A stretch of 64,000 nucleotides of DNA, taken from contig OX597830.1 in the NCBI GenBank assembly GCA_951406725.2, positions 48,732,001-48,796,000 on the forward strand, read 5' to 3'. Below, piece after piece: positions 37,068 through 49,748 of the stretch; positions within the stretch are counted from its first letter, which is position 1; each line of letters starts with the position of its first letter. The stretch comes from Octopus vulgaris. Taxonomy: Eukaryota. A model generated the notes under the pieces. The model was not told the DNA's origin, did not search any database, and saw only the letters and a program-made list of their open reading frames with translations. A program made the position numbers and the translations under genes.

Positions 37068-37894
37068 CACATAAATACATACACATATATATACATACAC
37101 ATATATATACATACACATATATATATATACATACACACATATATATATACACATATACATACATATATATATAAATGCATGCATGTGTATAAACATCTGT
37201 ATACATATGGGGGGGGGCATGTGTGTGTGTGTGTGATGTACTTATGTGCAAAAATTGAGCAAAACCCATGAACAAAATCATTCTCCAGTCACAAACCACT
37301 TTTTTCTTATTTCAGATACTGTAATATCTAAAACAAACTTTATTTCATGTCTCCTTCCCTTTAAAAACAGGACGAAAGTTTGCAACAGCTCTCCGTCCGT
37401 CCAAAATCCTAAACCGCATGAGAAAAGAAAGAAAAAGTTTTGGCCTTCATTACTTTTTTCTCTTTTTTATTGTATTCCTGTGTTTCATACAAACGGGAAA
37501 TCACGATTCTGATACAATTTTTCAATATTTTACACTTTTGTGTCACCCCCACTTCTGTACACTTTTTCTTCTTCATAAGGTACGGGACTTAGAGGAGCAC
37601 TAATTTCGCAACTATTTCTAGCAGGCTGTTCGACCACCTCCAGACTCCGTTGCTTTGTATGCGAAAATATGAAATATTCTAATATATTTTGTGGTCCTTT
37701 AAATCAAAGAATTTTAACATGTAGAAACACACACACATTATATATATATATATATATTTCTTTACTACCCACATGGGGCTAAACACAGAGGGGACAAACA
37801 AGGACAGACAAAGGGATTAAATCGATTACATCGACCCCAGTGCGAAACTGGTACTTTATTGTCCCGGAAAGTATGAAAGACAAAATCGACCTCG

Positions 37895-37927
<33 letters not shown>

Positions 37928-38034
37928 GGGTGGGAATGTATGTGTGTGTGTAGAATGTATATATGCATACGTGTTTGTGTGTAGAATGTATATATGCATA
38001 CGTGTTTGTGTGTATAATAAAGCTGTATACTCAC

Positions 38035-38150
38035 GCATCGAGCCTGATCTTCTTCAAAGCTACAAACTGTCCAGTAATCTTGTCCCGTGCTTTATAAACA
38101 ACACCATAAGTTCCTTCCCCAATCTTTTCCACTTTCTGGAAATTGTCCAT
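38035..38150 (-). CDS. CDK2: CDK2 coding exon 1 ([39 protein letters not shown])
   Basis: ATG at 38150, glycine loop with T14/Y15, VALKK lysine, donor GC|gtgagt; 116 nt. Confidence 0.95.
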
Positions 38151-38519
38151 CTTGTAAGACGGTTGTATAGATTAGAGTATTTAATCAAAGATATGTGTTT
38201 ATAGATATATGTGTGTATCTGTGTGAATGTAGCTGTGTATGTGTGAGGGACTAAAATACGTAAAGTTATGCATATGTGTATGTGTATTTATAAAGCATAT
38301 ATACATACACACACAACTGTGTGTGTGTGCATATATAAAGCAGAAAGTTCTAGGTAAATATATACTTTTGCCTGTCACAGAAGCATGCTCATGAAAATGC
38401 TGAGATTCTATAAATCTAAAAGTTTATAAAAGGTCACACATGGCTGTATGTGTAGGAAAGACATGCATTTAGAAGTAAATACATAAAAATACACGTAAGG
38501 CCCAAGATAAAGAGAACAG

Positions 38520-38910
38520 AAGCAATGTGTGGCTACCCTCGGGGTGGAGGTAGGGTAAGGCAAGCGGAGACGGGGATTTCCCGCCAAAACATAACACCGT
38601 CCCCAATATGCCGACTGTCCTGTCAGCTTGGTCTATTTCTTCTCAGACGCCTCACTTGACCAGCACTTTTAAGCAGAGGGGGTCAGCGAAAAGTGTAAGC
38701 GAAAAAGCTTTTCAGGCCAGAGCTAGCTAGAGCTAACCGCAAGTTATCCCCCAAAGATATTTAGGTCAGTAGAGGGTGGTAAATACGGTAAGAGGCGAGG
38801 TGGGGCCTTGACAGAAAATGTTGACAATCCCCCGCCACCACGCTTCTCAGTGAGTCCTCTTTCCCTGTGATGTCACTTCCGTACCCAAGCTGAATCGCGG
38901 GAAATCTGTA
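38520..38910 (-). promoter_or_regulatory. Putative CDK2 promoter with two E2F sites, a GC box and an ETS-like motif
   Basis: Non-repetitive, locally GC/CpG-richer patch 0.4-0.75 kb upstream of the ATG. Contains TTTCCCGCCAAAA (38577-38589), GCGGGAAA (38897-38904), CCCCGCC (~38830) and CACTTCCG (~38875). Confidence 0.65.
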
Positions 38911-39250
38911 CAGCTTCTCTGCTTTTTTTATTGTTCTAAAATAAGTGAGTTTACAAAATGTCTGTTTCTATAAATATAGGGGGGTGATCTATTTCTAACA
39001 CACTGTACCTTTGTTCGTATTTATTCTTACCAGCAGAGAATTTCATATAGATATATATGCATACATACATTCTACACACACATACATACATTCCCACCCA
39101 TATATATATATATATATATTTTATTTGTTAGGGAATTAAAATTCCGGCATCACAGGGGTTCAAATTATTCTCAATGAGGAAAAATATATTTTTTCATTTA
39201 TATAAAAGAATTTTAATCTAATTTAATACTTACAACTTATAAGCAGTAAG

Positions 39251-39298
<48 letters not shown>

Positions 39299-40015
39299 GT
39301 GTGTGTGTATCGGTATATATGTATATGTGTACAGCTACAAATGTATGTATGTGTGTGATATATAATATATATGATAGTAATGGAATTATGTCTTACTATT
39401 TTACTTTTTCAGTTTTTTATCGGACTTTTTTTGTTAAATGCAACCTTCCTGCATGCTAATGATGAATATTGCATTCAGTTTTTTTTTTCTAGCAAGTAAG
39501 TTATAATAGAGTAAAAACTTTGAAGAACTTGAAGTGGTTGAAAAAAATTTATCGAGATCTCACTCTCCCTCGTGCTCTCTCTAAACGTGTGGACTATATA
39601 CATATATACACACACACAAATATACATGCATTATACGTATATATACACACATGCACATCTGTCTATATATATATATATGGAAAACTATTTAAAAACTGGA
39701 AACGCGGAGTGGTTGTAATGGAGTAGCGATGCACTTTTGAATTTGAATGAATAAACTTTCTTAAAATATCTGAACTGGTAACAAGTTTTTATTTATCAAA
39801 CTAAATATTAGGATATTTTTTGTTCACTTTGTGCATCCTCTCGCATACGTGTATATACATATATATACATATATATATATTGATAGATATGATCGTATAC
39901 GCTCACACACACATATGCGTGTGTATACCTTATTAAAGCTGCCAAAACTTCACAAAAAGACTGCAACTCAGAGTTTCACGTTCCTGGGCCTTGGGCAGTT
40001 GTGATATACATAAGT

Positions 40016-40318
40016 GGTATCTTTCGATAGCCGTACATGTAAGGTGGAAGCCTTTCTTCGGCAATTTCCATGAAAAAAATTTATATAGTTTTTTTCTTCT
40101 GAATCGCTTATGTTTGTATATTTTTTTTTTTTTGTATATGCATTATGTGTTTATGTATATTTGTGTATGTAAATATTGTATATGTATGTGTATACACAAA
40201 AATACATATGCTTACATGCACATAAACACATACATATATACAGAAAATTAAAGAAAATCATTTTTACGGAAATTGCCGAAGACTTTGGCTTTCCATGTAC
40301 GGCTATCGAAAGAATGTC
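40016..40318. mobile_element. Decayed MITE with ~60-bp TIRs
   Basis: TCTTTCGATAGCCGTACATG...TCTTCGGCAATTTCC is inverted at 40268-40314; no clear TSD. Confidence 0.65.
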
Positions 40319-40526
40319 GTCTACGTATGTATGTATGTATATCTATACACCCTTTCCCAACAGAGAGAAACCCGTGTTTGTGCAAGTGAATAGTCGTACG
40401 ATTGACATCAACTGGTCAGATCAGTTCAACAGTGGCTTTTGTTGTAAGAAACCTCGGATGAAGAGACATTCCATCCGTGACCATATAATTTAACAATATT
40501 CAAATCTACGTTTATGCAATGTTTTT

Positions 40527-40947
40527 GGCAATCTTTCGTCTCTAGTAGACCTTTCCGTCGATTTCCGTAAAAAAATTTTTTTTTTACATATGGGCTTGCG
40601 GGAACTTTTGAAGTAATGAGAGCGAAAGAGACTAAGAGAAAGCGATTGTATGACGAGGGAAATTCTTTTGAAGTTACCGTGCATGCGAAGCATTGATGTA
40701 CATGTGTGTGTGTGTGTTTGATGGGGTATGGGAGACAGACAGTATGTTGTGTAAGTGAAGTGCTTCTGTTAGTGTGTGTGAAGAGACAGAGTAATGTGTG
40801 AAAGAAAGAGATAACTGAAATTTTTTACTCGGTGTATGTGTATATGTATGTATATTACTTCAAAAGTTCCCGCAAGACCATATGTAAAAAAAAAAAAAAT
40901 TTTTAACGGAAATCGACGGAAAGGTCTACTAGAGACGAAAGATCGCC
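40527..40947. mobile_element. MITE with ~90-bp TIRs and 8-bp TSD (Merlin-like)
   Basis: GGCAATCTTTCGTCTCTAGTAGACC / GGTCTACTAGAGACGAAAGATCGCC; TSD ATGTTTTT on both sides. Confidence 0.85.
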
Positions 40948-41173
40948 ATGTTTTTTGTTGTTTCCTTTTTGTGGGGTGGGTATTAGGATGTAGAGTAATT
41001 CGAGAGAATTTGCCTCTTATTTCTAGCTGGTCGAGAAAAAAAGATGTAGGATACCTCTTATTTGAACTGGTGGAAAATCTAAGCCATTCAAGACTTCACG
41101 TGTCTCTACCATTAACAGCCACTGGTGTCCTCTTCATTTGGTCTTTAAACGGTAGACACGTGTTAATTAAACC

Positions 41174-41406
41174 TATTTCGTTACTACCCACAAGGGGCTA
41201 AGCGCACAGAAGGGACAAACAAGGAAAGACAAACGGATTAAGTCGATTATATCGACCCCAGTGCGTAACTGGTACTTATTTAATCGACCCCGAAAGGATG
41301 AAAGGCAAAGTCGACCCCGGCGGAATTTGAACTCAGAACGTAGCGACAGACGAAATACTGCTGAGCATTTCGCCCGGCGTGCTAACGTTTCTGCCAGCTC
41401 GCCGCC
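41174..41406 (-). mobile_element. SINE family C, single copy with 14-bp TSD
   Basis: GTGTTAATTAAACC on both flanks. Other copies lie at 20650-21106, 21630-21742, 27893-28120, 31696-31908, 37757-37893, 60583-60785, 61173-61303 and 62327-62722. Confidence 0.85.
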
Positions 41407-41659
41407 TAGGTGTTAATTAAACCATTATGTGGCTGACGAGATTTGTAAACGAACGTAGACAGACAGACGGATGGATGGATGGTCGGTCGGTCGGTCCAGC
41501 TTGGAATAAACCCCGGCCCCATCAAACATGCAATGTCATTATCCAGTTTTATTTCAAGATTTCTTGCCAATAGAGAAAGGGTTTCCAACCCATATCCAAG
41601 TCTCCTTCATTGGAATTTCAGCATCAACAACAAGGGTGTTTTTGTATGTATGTATGTAT

Positions 41660-42327
41660 CTCATGCCAGGTCACTTTCCAGTGCTACTGGTAACATGTAA
41701 CCCAGTACAACCTGTTGCATGGTCGGGTCGTCGGCGACTAAACCGACAACCCCACCAAGCTTGCTTGGTGAGGAGGGTGTTTATTGGACACCCTGCGGGA
41801 TGAAAAACAAAACCCGTCAAAGGGCGGAGGAACTCTTGAGAGTCAACGGCCATCCAATAAATGTCTTGAGGCTGTATCATGCGCGGAGACATAGAAATAA
41901 TCAGACTGAATACCCGATCGAGCGATTAAACCATTGGGAGTGAAGGACTCCTAGCCTTTGTTAGGGCATCCTTCTTGGAGAAGGTAACTCAGGTAACTGG
42001 GATAACTCCGACATAAAACCTGCGGCTCAGAGGTTACCGATGATGTTGACTTGTTCTTCTTTTCGGATTATGGCTGCTGTTGCTTAGTGAGTGGGATTGA
42101 CTCCGTGCACAGCCTTTCCTCACTTTACAAAAAATCTTCTTGCACAGGCATTGCACGATAACAACATTGATTAAGCTTCGTGCAATGGGCATACTCGATA
42201 ACGAGGGGGCAGCCACCATGTATGTATGTATGTATGTATGTATGTATGTATGTATGTATGTATGTATGTATGTATGTATGTATGTATGTATGTATGTATG
42301 TATGTATGTATGTATGTATGTATGTAT
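41660..42327 (+). mobile_element. Non-coding retroposon with an RTE 5'-UTR-like structured region and (TATG)n tail
   Basis: Several strong hairpins, motif GGGCATCCTTCTTGGAGAAGGTAACTC...TAAAACC recalled from RTE 5' UTRs, and (TATG)n on both sides. Confidence 0.55.
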
Positions 42328-42417
42328 GGGGGGAGTTTACGAAAAAAACAAAAGACGAAGACAGGTGGTGTACAAAACAAACAGATGTATTAGTATAACG
42401 CTCAGGAATAGAAAAGT

Positions 42418-42453
42418 CTTTAACGTTTCGAGCCTACGCTCTTCTACAGAAAG
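42418..42453 (-). ncRNA. Degenerate minimal hammerhead-like motif
   Basis: Minus strand reads CTTT-CTGTAGA-A-GAGC(GTAG)GCTC-GAAA-CG-TT-AAAG; core A6 is substituted. Confidence 0.4.
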
Positions 42454-43326
42454 GGACACAAAAGGAAAACAAGGAGAGAAACGTATGTATGTATGTGTAC
42501 AGATTTGTATGTTTTGTTTTATGTATGTCTTCTCATGCATATAGTTGCATATCTGGACATGCTCATATATACTTAATTGATAAACTTCTGGAAAGTTTTA
42601 CAGATTATGCACGAATGTATGTATACACACACACACACACACACAGACGCATATATGCGCGTGCGCCTGTACTAGGATTTGTACAACTGAGACTGTGGAA
42701 GAGTCAGAGAAGAAATTGCGGATGTGGTTACATAAAAACGAAATTACTCAAGAAGCCTTGTACTAACCTGAGTCAGAAAGAAAGACAGGATTCTGAAACC
42801 AATAGAGAAATGACCGTGCTAAGAATACAGAAATGGAATTGGTGGGAATTCATCACGCCATATGCAATATGATCTAGGGGTGCACAAGAGAGCGAAATGA
42901 AGGATAGGCTGATAGTGAATAAAGACTTTGCCTGAATTAGCTGTTGACCTCAGGATATTGAGAATATGAACTCCTTGCAATGCTCAGAACGCACGAGACA
43001 GAAGTTTCTGTTATGTAGGTGACCTTGGAAGCAACCGAGGAGAATTTTCTGAAAGCATCGTAACCAGAATTAGAATATGGTGATAAGAATTCCGGAGGTT
43101 ATCACTTCGGCTGCTGACAAGAGGATTCTCTCTCTGTCTCTCTCCGAGTGAAGGGAACATTGTACGACGCTTATGTACAAATTGCAATGATGCATGATAA
43201 TGAGACAGCGGTAGGTGGGGATATTAAATGCAGGTGGGTGTAAGTTGGAAAGAAACGAAGTGGTCATAGTTTGATGGATGTGTAGCGTAATATAAGGGAG
43301 GACTTTGACTTGACTTGAGACAGCAT

Positions 43327-43545
43327 TCACCCGGGGTGGGTTGAACTGGCTTCATTCATCCTCAATGCTGCATCTCTCACAAACGCCGACCAGACCTGGT
43401 GATTTGAGGCTAACGACCGGGTGATCTCCAACCACTCCTTATTCCTGCGGCGAACGCCGTAGATATGGGGGCCTAGGTTGGGTTCCAGATCAGCCTTGAC
43501 TGTCATCAGCCAGGTTTTTCGTTGTCCACCAAATGTAAGAGAGGG
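43327..43545 (-). mobile_element. RTE-like LINE 3' fragment
   Basis: GGQRKTWLMTVKADLE...LASNHQVWSAFV, followed by a (CAAGT)n-like tail. Confidence 0.7.
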
Positions 43546-43857
43546 ACGAAATACAAATGAGTGAGACATAAAAGCTAGGTATTAGAGGAACCAGATGTGG
43601 TGTGCAAGAATTTGTGCCAACACGAACATATGAATATGTATGGATGATAGATGTATAAAGCAGTACCAGGAGATTCGTGTAGAAAGCACCAGCGGAAGAA
43701 GGTCAAGAAAGATAAAGGCAGAAGTAGTGAAGGTTGATCTCAGGAAGTTGAGCTGCAAAAGATGACAAATGAGCACAAGTGTTAAAGAAGACCCAACCAA
43801 ATGGTGCAAGCATGAAAAAATGAACGTTAAAATGGTGACGATGATGATGATGGCAGC

Positions 43858-44242
43858 GGTGGTGGTGGTGGTGGTTTGTTTGTCGAAGCGGTCTTCGTCC
43901 CAGAGCTCGCAAGATCGCGCCTCTGTAGTGGGAGAAGTCCGGAACGTGGTCCTTTGCTATTCGTAAGACCCGCAGAAGAGAAAGCAGGTCAACCCCCGAC
44001 ACCGAGAGCATCGACGGATGGATGAATGCGCATCCAGGCTCAGCGGTTGCGTAGGAAGTCGGGGACAAGAAACAGGAAGAAAGAGTGAGAGAAAGTTGGA
44101 GCGAAAGAGTACAACAGGGGTCGCCACCACCCCCTGCCGGAACCTCATGGAGCTTTAGGTGTTTTCGCTCAATAAACATACACAACGCCTGGTCTGGGAA
44201 TCGAAACCGCGAGTCCGCTGCCCTATGGGCCATTGCGCTTCC
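43858..44242 (-). mobile_element. tRNA-derived SINE with family-D head and a different 3' tail ending in (ACC)n
   Basis: Minus-strand 5' ~170 nt matches 51576-51765; GGT repeats on both flanks. Confidence 0.75.
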
Positions 44243-44585
44243 AGTGGTGGTGGTGGTATCCTCTGTTTATCGTGATAACAAGACAAAAGTTGAGGGTAAA
44301 CATGAATAAAAGTGCGAAGGATACTCAAGGGGTTGCATAGAAGTAATTAATAGGGTATCTAGAGAAATACAACCCTTAATTCTTTATTAAAGTGAAAGAT
44401 TATAGTTAGACTGATCGGTATCGGTGAAACTGATATCCAATCGATGGACAAACTGGTGATGTGCGCTATAAGTTATTTTTTATAACCCTGAAACATGCCC
44501 TAAGTTATCGCCCTTATCATCAAAGAAACTCCTTCTCCACTGAATGACTACATTTTATTTTATATCAATTTAAACTTTTGAACAT

Positions 44586-44762
44586 AATTGCAGCATGGAA
44601 GGTGTTTATAAGCCATTTAAGAAACACACAAAAACCGTTAGATTCACTTCAACATTTAAATTTAATTTGTTAAAATATTTTCGTCGCTTTAAATGTTGAA
44701 GTGAATCTAACGGTTTTTGTGTGTTTCTTGAATGGCTTATAAACATCTTCCACACTGCAATT
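44586..44762. repeat. Near-perfect inverted repeat (75-bp arms, 27-bp spacer)
   Basis: 44586-44660 is the reverse complement of 44688-44762 with only a few differences. Confidence 0.92.
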
Positions 44763-45050
44763 GTTTTCGTTCCAGGACACGATCTCAGATCAGGTCACTT
44801 GCTATGCAAGTACATCTCCTTAAATTTTCGAGTTTGCGGTTAACGCAAATGATTTTTCTTTCTTATTACGGATGGAATTTTCAATTGACTTGGGGTGGAG
44901 CGGGAGGAGTCACGACGTTGTTGAGTTTTGTAACGTTTCGCAAATACCTTTGTATTAACAAAGTAGGGACCACCTAGAAACATTAGTTCTCTGCTAACGG
45001 CCAGCTCTGCATTATCTGTGATTTACTCACGTTGATATAGTTGTAATTAA

Positions 45051-45651
45051 GAGCGGCGAGCTGGCAGAAACGTTAGCACGCCGGGCGAAAGGTGTAGCCG
45101 TATTTCGTCTGCCCTTACGTTCTGAGTTCAAATTCCGCCGATGCCGACTTTGCCTTTCATCCTTTCGGGGTCGATAAATTAAGTACCAGTTACGCACTGG
45201 GGTCGATATAATCGACTTAATTCGTTTGTCTGTCCTTGTTTGTCCTCTCTGTGTTTAGCCCCTTGTGGGTAGTAAAGAAATAGGTATTTCATCTGCCGTT
45301 ACGTTCTGAGTTCAAATTCCGCCGATGTCGACTTTGCCTTTCATCCTTTCGGGGTCGATAAATTAAGTACCAGTTACGCACTGAGGTCGATATAATCGAC
45401 TTAATCCGTTTGTCTGTCCTTGTTCGTCCCCTCTGTGTTTAGCCCCTTATGGGTAGTAAAGAAATAGGTATTTCGTCCGTCTTTACGTTCTGAGTTCAAA
45501 TTCCGCCAAGGTCCACTTTGCCTTTCATCCTTTCGGGGTCGATTAAATTAAGTACCAGTTACGCACCGAGGTCGATATAATCGACTTAATCCGTCTGTCT
45601 GTCCTTGTTTGTCCTCTCTGTGTTTAGCCCCTTGTGGGTAGTAAAGAAATA
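45051..45651 (+). mobile_element. SINE family C: one head followed by three tandem body units
   Basis: Head GCGGCGAGCTGGCAGAAACG, B-box-like GAGTTCAAATTCC, body GACTTTGCCTTTCATCCTTTCGGGGTCGATAAATTAAGTACC x3; TATAGTTGTAAT on both flanks. Confidence 0.85.
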
Positions 45652-47459
45652 GTTATAGTTGTAATAATAATCCATACAGGGGTGTCCGTGACTATTGTAG
45701 TTAAAATTCTAGTTTAGTGAGTGTGATGTGATTGAGGTTTAATTCATTCTCCTCAGATACAATTGTTTTGATATGTACCCTAATAGGATGACGGAAAGAA
45801 ACAGACGGGTGAATTGATGGTACAAAAGTGTAGTACACAGCTTGCTGGTGTGTGTGTGTGGGGGGTAGGTGACAGACAACTTGCTTGGGAGGTGGATAAT
45901 AAATTGCTAGGCAAGTGGGTCATAGGCAACGACCTAGCTATCAGTGTAGTTGTTGCTGAGTTAGGTGTGTAGTCAGATGGTTGTTTTAAAAGTCTTGTCT
46001 TTTTATTTGTGTGAAACAACAAAAGGACCCTTAACCTATCTATGGGCCCCGATGAATGGGCTGCACTTGTACGTTGTATAGAATCTGTAAATGCTCTCAC
46101 AGCTGAAATAAATTTCTGGACTTATTGTTTGTGGTCGCTACTAATCCATTAGGGTAACGAATAAATATTACAGCCTTACATCGCCTTGGCCATTTAAACC
46201 TTTGTGCGAAATGTTCTAATTTACCTGTAATTGTTTGAGTAGAACTGTGATAGAAGGCATTCAAACTATGAATGTAAGTTCGAATAGAAAAAACAGGAAA
46301 GGATAAAATATATTACATTTTGTCAAGAAGTGTTTGATGGTGTGTATCGCATTGTATTCGAGATTGCAATGTGCTTGATTTTCATATACATAATATATAA
46401 CACATATATTTATATATAGACGTTTACCCAGTGCTATATATACGTTTATACGTTCACCTCACCCATGTCTTGCATTGTTAAATATCTGTTCATCTTCAAC
46501 TTTATTTTGTGCGTGAGGGACTCCATCGTTCAATGTGCCCTTTATTTAAACCGCTAGGATATGTAAATGGAGTGAAATTCAGCTGCTATTTTAAGCACAT
46601 CGAGTGACCACTTAGAGGCTCTTACTTTGACTCGTGTCGTGTAGAGTTGAGGATGATAAAGGTAGAGAGGGAGGCAAGAATAGAGAGAGAGAGAGAGAGT
46701 GTAGTGTCAACAAGTTTTGTCGTAGGAGGAAGAAAATACGGCGGGAATTTCATTGAGTTTGGTGTCAAAAGGCGGAGACAAGTAGCCTTGAGACTAATTT
46801 ATGTGCTGCTTGTCTGTTTCTGTGTTGATTGTGACTGGTTGTTGTGTACAGATTTTGGCATTAATTAAAAAAAAAATAACTAGAAAGACAGATGAAATGG
46901 ATAGCTACCAGAGAATGTCTGCAGCTAAGTTTAGGTGTCCTATTATTTTTATTGTAGGGTCGTAAATCCAGTTATAATTTATCAGATTATGGAAGAGGTG
47001 GAGAGGCTTGGCATAACTGAAAATCGTATTATTTTGCATTACAGCATTTAGTTTCTAAGCTCTACATTTTAGGTTCGAATACTCTTGTCTTTGGATGAAA
47101 AATAGATTTGCTCGAATCTTCTGATACTCTGGCGTCAAATGGATGTTTGTTTAAAGCTGAAGACCAACATATTTCAGTAACAGAGTGGGAGTGGCGTGTG
47201 AATGTAGGTGTGTATATACACACACACATCTTTTATCTTTTACTCATTTCAGCCATTTGACAGCGGCCATGCTGGAGCACCGCCATGAAGGGTTTTTTTT
47301 TTTAGTCGAACAAATCGACCCCAGGACTTATTTCTTAAGCCCAGTAGTTATTCAGTCTGTGGTTTTTGCCGAACCGCTATGTCATGGGGGACCGTAAACA
47401 CACCGACTCTGGTTGTCAAGCGGTGATGGGGGGGGGGGGACGCACTCAGACGCACATAA

Positions 47460-47895
<436 letters not shown>

Positions 47896-48068
47896 AATTG
47901 CTGCGTGGAAGGTGTTTATAACCCATAAACTTGTTACTAGTTCAACTAGGCTTGAGACATATTCGAACCCGTAAGAAATTCATTCACTGTGTTTTGTTAA
48001 GGAGAAAATTTCTCTGTTGATGGATAGGTGTAAACACATTGAGACGAGAATACAAGAAGTGGTACCTA

Positions 48069-49328
48069 CAGGAGTTGGACAAAATAATGGAAACACCTAG
48101 CATCATAGCATCATGATTTTGAAATATTTATAAAACCGTCAAAAGCTTGTTTATTTTTATGCTTTTGGATTTATTATTAGTGTTGTTTAATATGGTTTGC
48201 TAAAATTGTTGTTTCTTTTCAGATATCATCAGAAAAAGATAATTAAAATTCATTAAAATGACAGATCTATCGGACTTTCAAAGAGGTCAAATTTTTGGTG
48301 CTCGTATGGCAGGCGCTAGCGTAACGAAAACAGCCGAAATGTTTGGTGTATCAAGAAGTACTCTCTCGAAAGTAATGACAGCTTTTGAAAAAGAGGGGAA
48401 AACCTCCTCGTTGAAACAAAACTAGAAGAAAACCAAAACGTTCAGGTAGGGACCGTCAGACTGTTACGCAAATTGTTAGAAAGGTTCACAAAAGTACAGC
48501 TCCCAAAATTACTGTAGAACTTAGTGACCACCTCAAGAATCCAGTTTCCATAAAAACTGATCGCCGGGAGCTGCACAAACCCCGATTTCACGGGAGGGCT
48601 GCAATCAGAAAACCACTACTTTCAAAAACAAATGCTGCAAAGCGTTTAGACTGCAGTAAAAACATACAGATGTGGTCCCTAGAGCAGTGGAAGTATGTTA
48701 TTTTCTCAGACGAGTCATCTTTCAACCTTATTTCCGACCACTGACCGAGTATATGTGTGGAGACCACCAAAAGAAGCATTTGACCCAGACTGCCTTCTTC
48801 CAACTGTTAAACATGGAAGAGGATCTGTGATGATCTGGGTGGGGGGCTATATCTTGGAAATCCGCCGACCCAATGGTTTCCCTTCATGGCAGAATTAATA
48901 GTCAAGACTATTTCAGCATTTTATCTGATCGAATTCATCCTATGGTTGTGGAACTTTCCGGAGGGAAACGCAATCTTTCAGGATAATAATGCACCAATTC
49001 ACACAGCTAAAGTTGTTACTGAATGGCACGAGGAACATCCTAGTGACGTTGAACCTCAGTCCCCAGATCTCAGTATTACTGAACATTTATGGTGCATTTT
49101 AGAAACAACAAGTAAGGAGTCGATATCCTCCACCATCATCATTACAAGGACTAGAAACTGTTTTACCTGAAGAATGGACAAAAATTCCATTGGTAAAAAT
49201 GCAAACTTTGTACGAGTCCATAGCTTTTATAATTCAAGCTATAATTACTGCCAAAGGTGGTCCTACCCCATATCAAAATAAATTTGTTTGAAATTTTAAG
49301 GTGTTTCCATTATTTTGTCCAGCCCCTG
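48069..49328 (+). mobile_element. Full-length, inactivated Tc1-family DNA transposon
   Basis: 30-bp TIRs (CAGGAGTTGGACAAAATAATGGAAACACCT; 2 mismatches) flanked by TA at 48067-68 and 49329-30. Transposase remnants from ATG 48258 (MTDLSDFQRGQIFGAR...), VIFSDESSF, FQDNNAPIHTAK and SPDLSITEHLW, with stops and frameshifts. Confidence 0.93.
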
Positions 49329-49666
49329 TATCTCTCTTGTTAGTTGGCAGAAACTTTACTGGTTTCTGGTGCTGAATAGGCGATAACCGTTCCGAAATGT
49401 ATGTATTCATCAGTCTGGTTAGGGGAATGCTGCAAGCTGACTTGGCGTATTTACTCCTATTCTGTCTACGGCGAGAATTTTTCTCCGTAGCGAAATACAA
49501 TGAATAGTTTTCTTTCGGGTTCGAATATGTCTGAAGCATATTCGAACTAGTAAGAAGTTTGTATTTATACACGCCACTACTTAACACTTTCGTCCCGTTT
49601 ATACATACATACATACATACATACATACATACATACATACATGGATAGATGGAAAGATAGACAGGC

Positions 49667-49748
<82 letters not shown>

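Noticed and set aside
46897-46965. MDSYQRM... as a CDK-like first exon or duplicate
   Set aside because: Similarity is limited to 7 codons, with no GxGxxG motif and an early stop.
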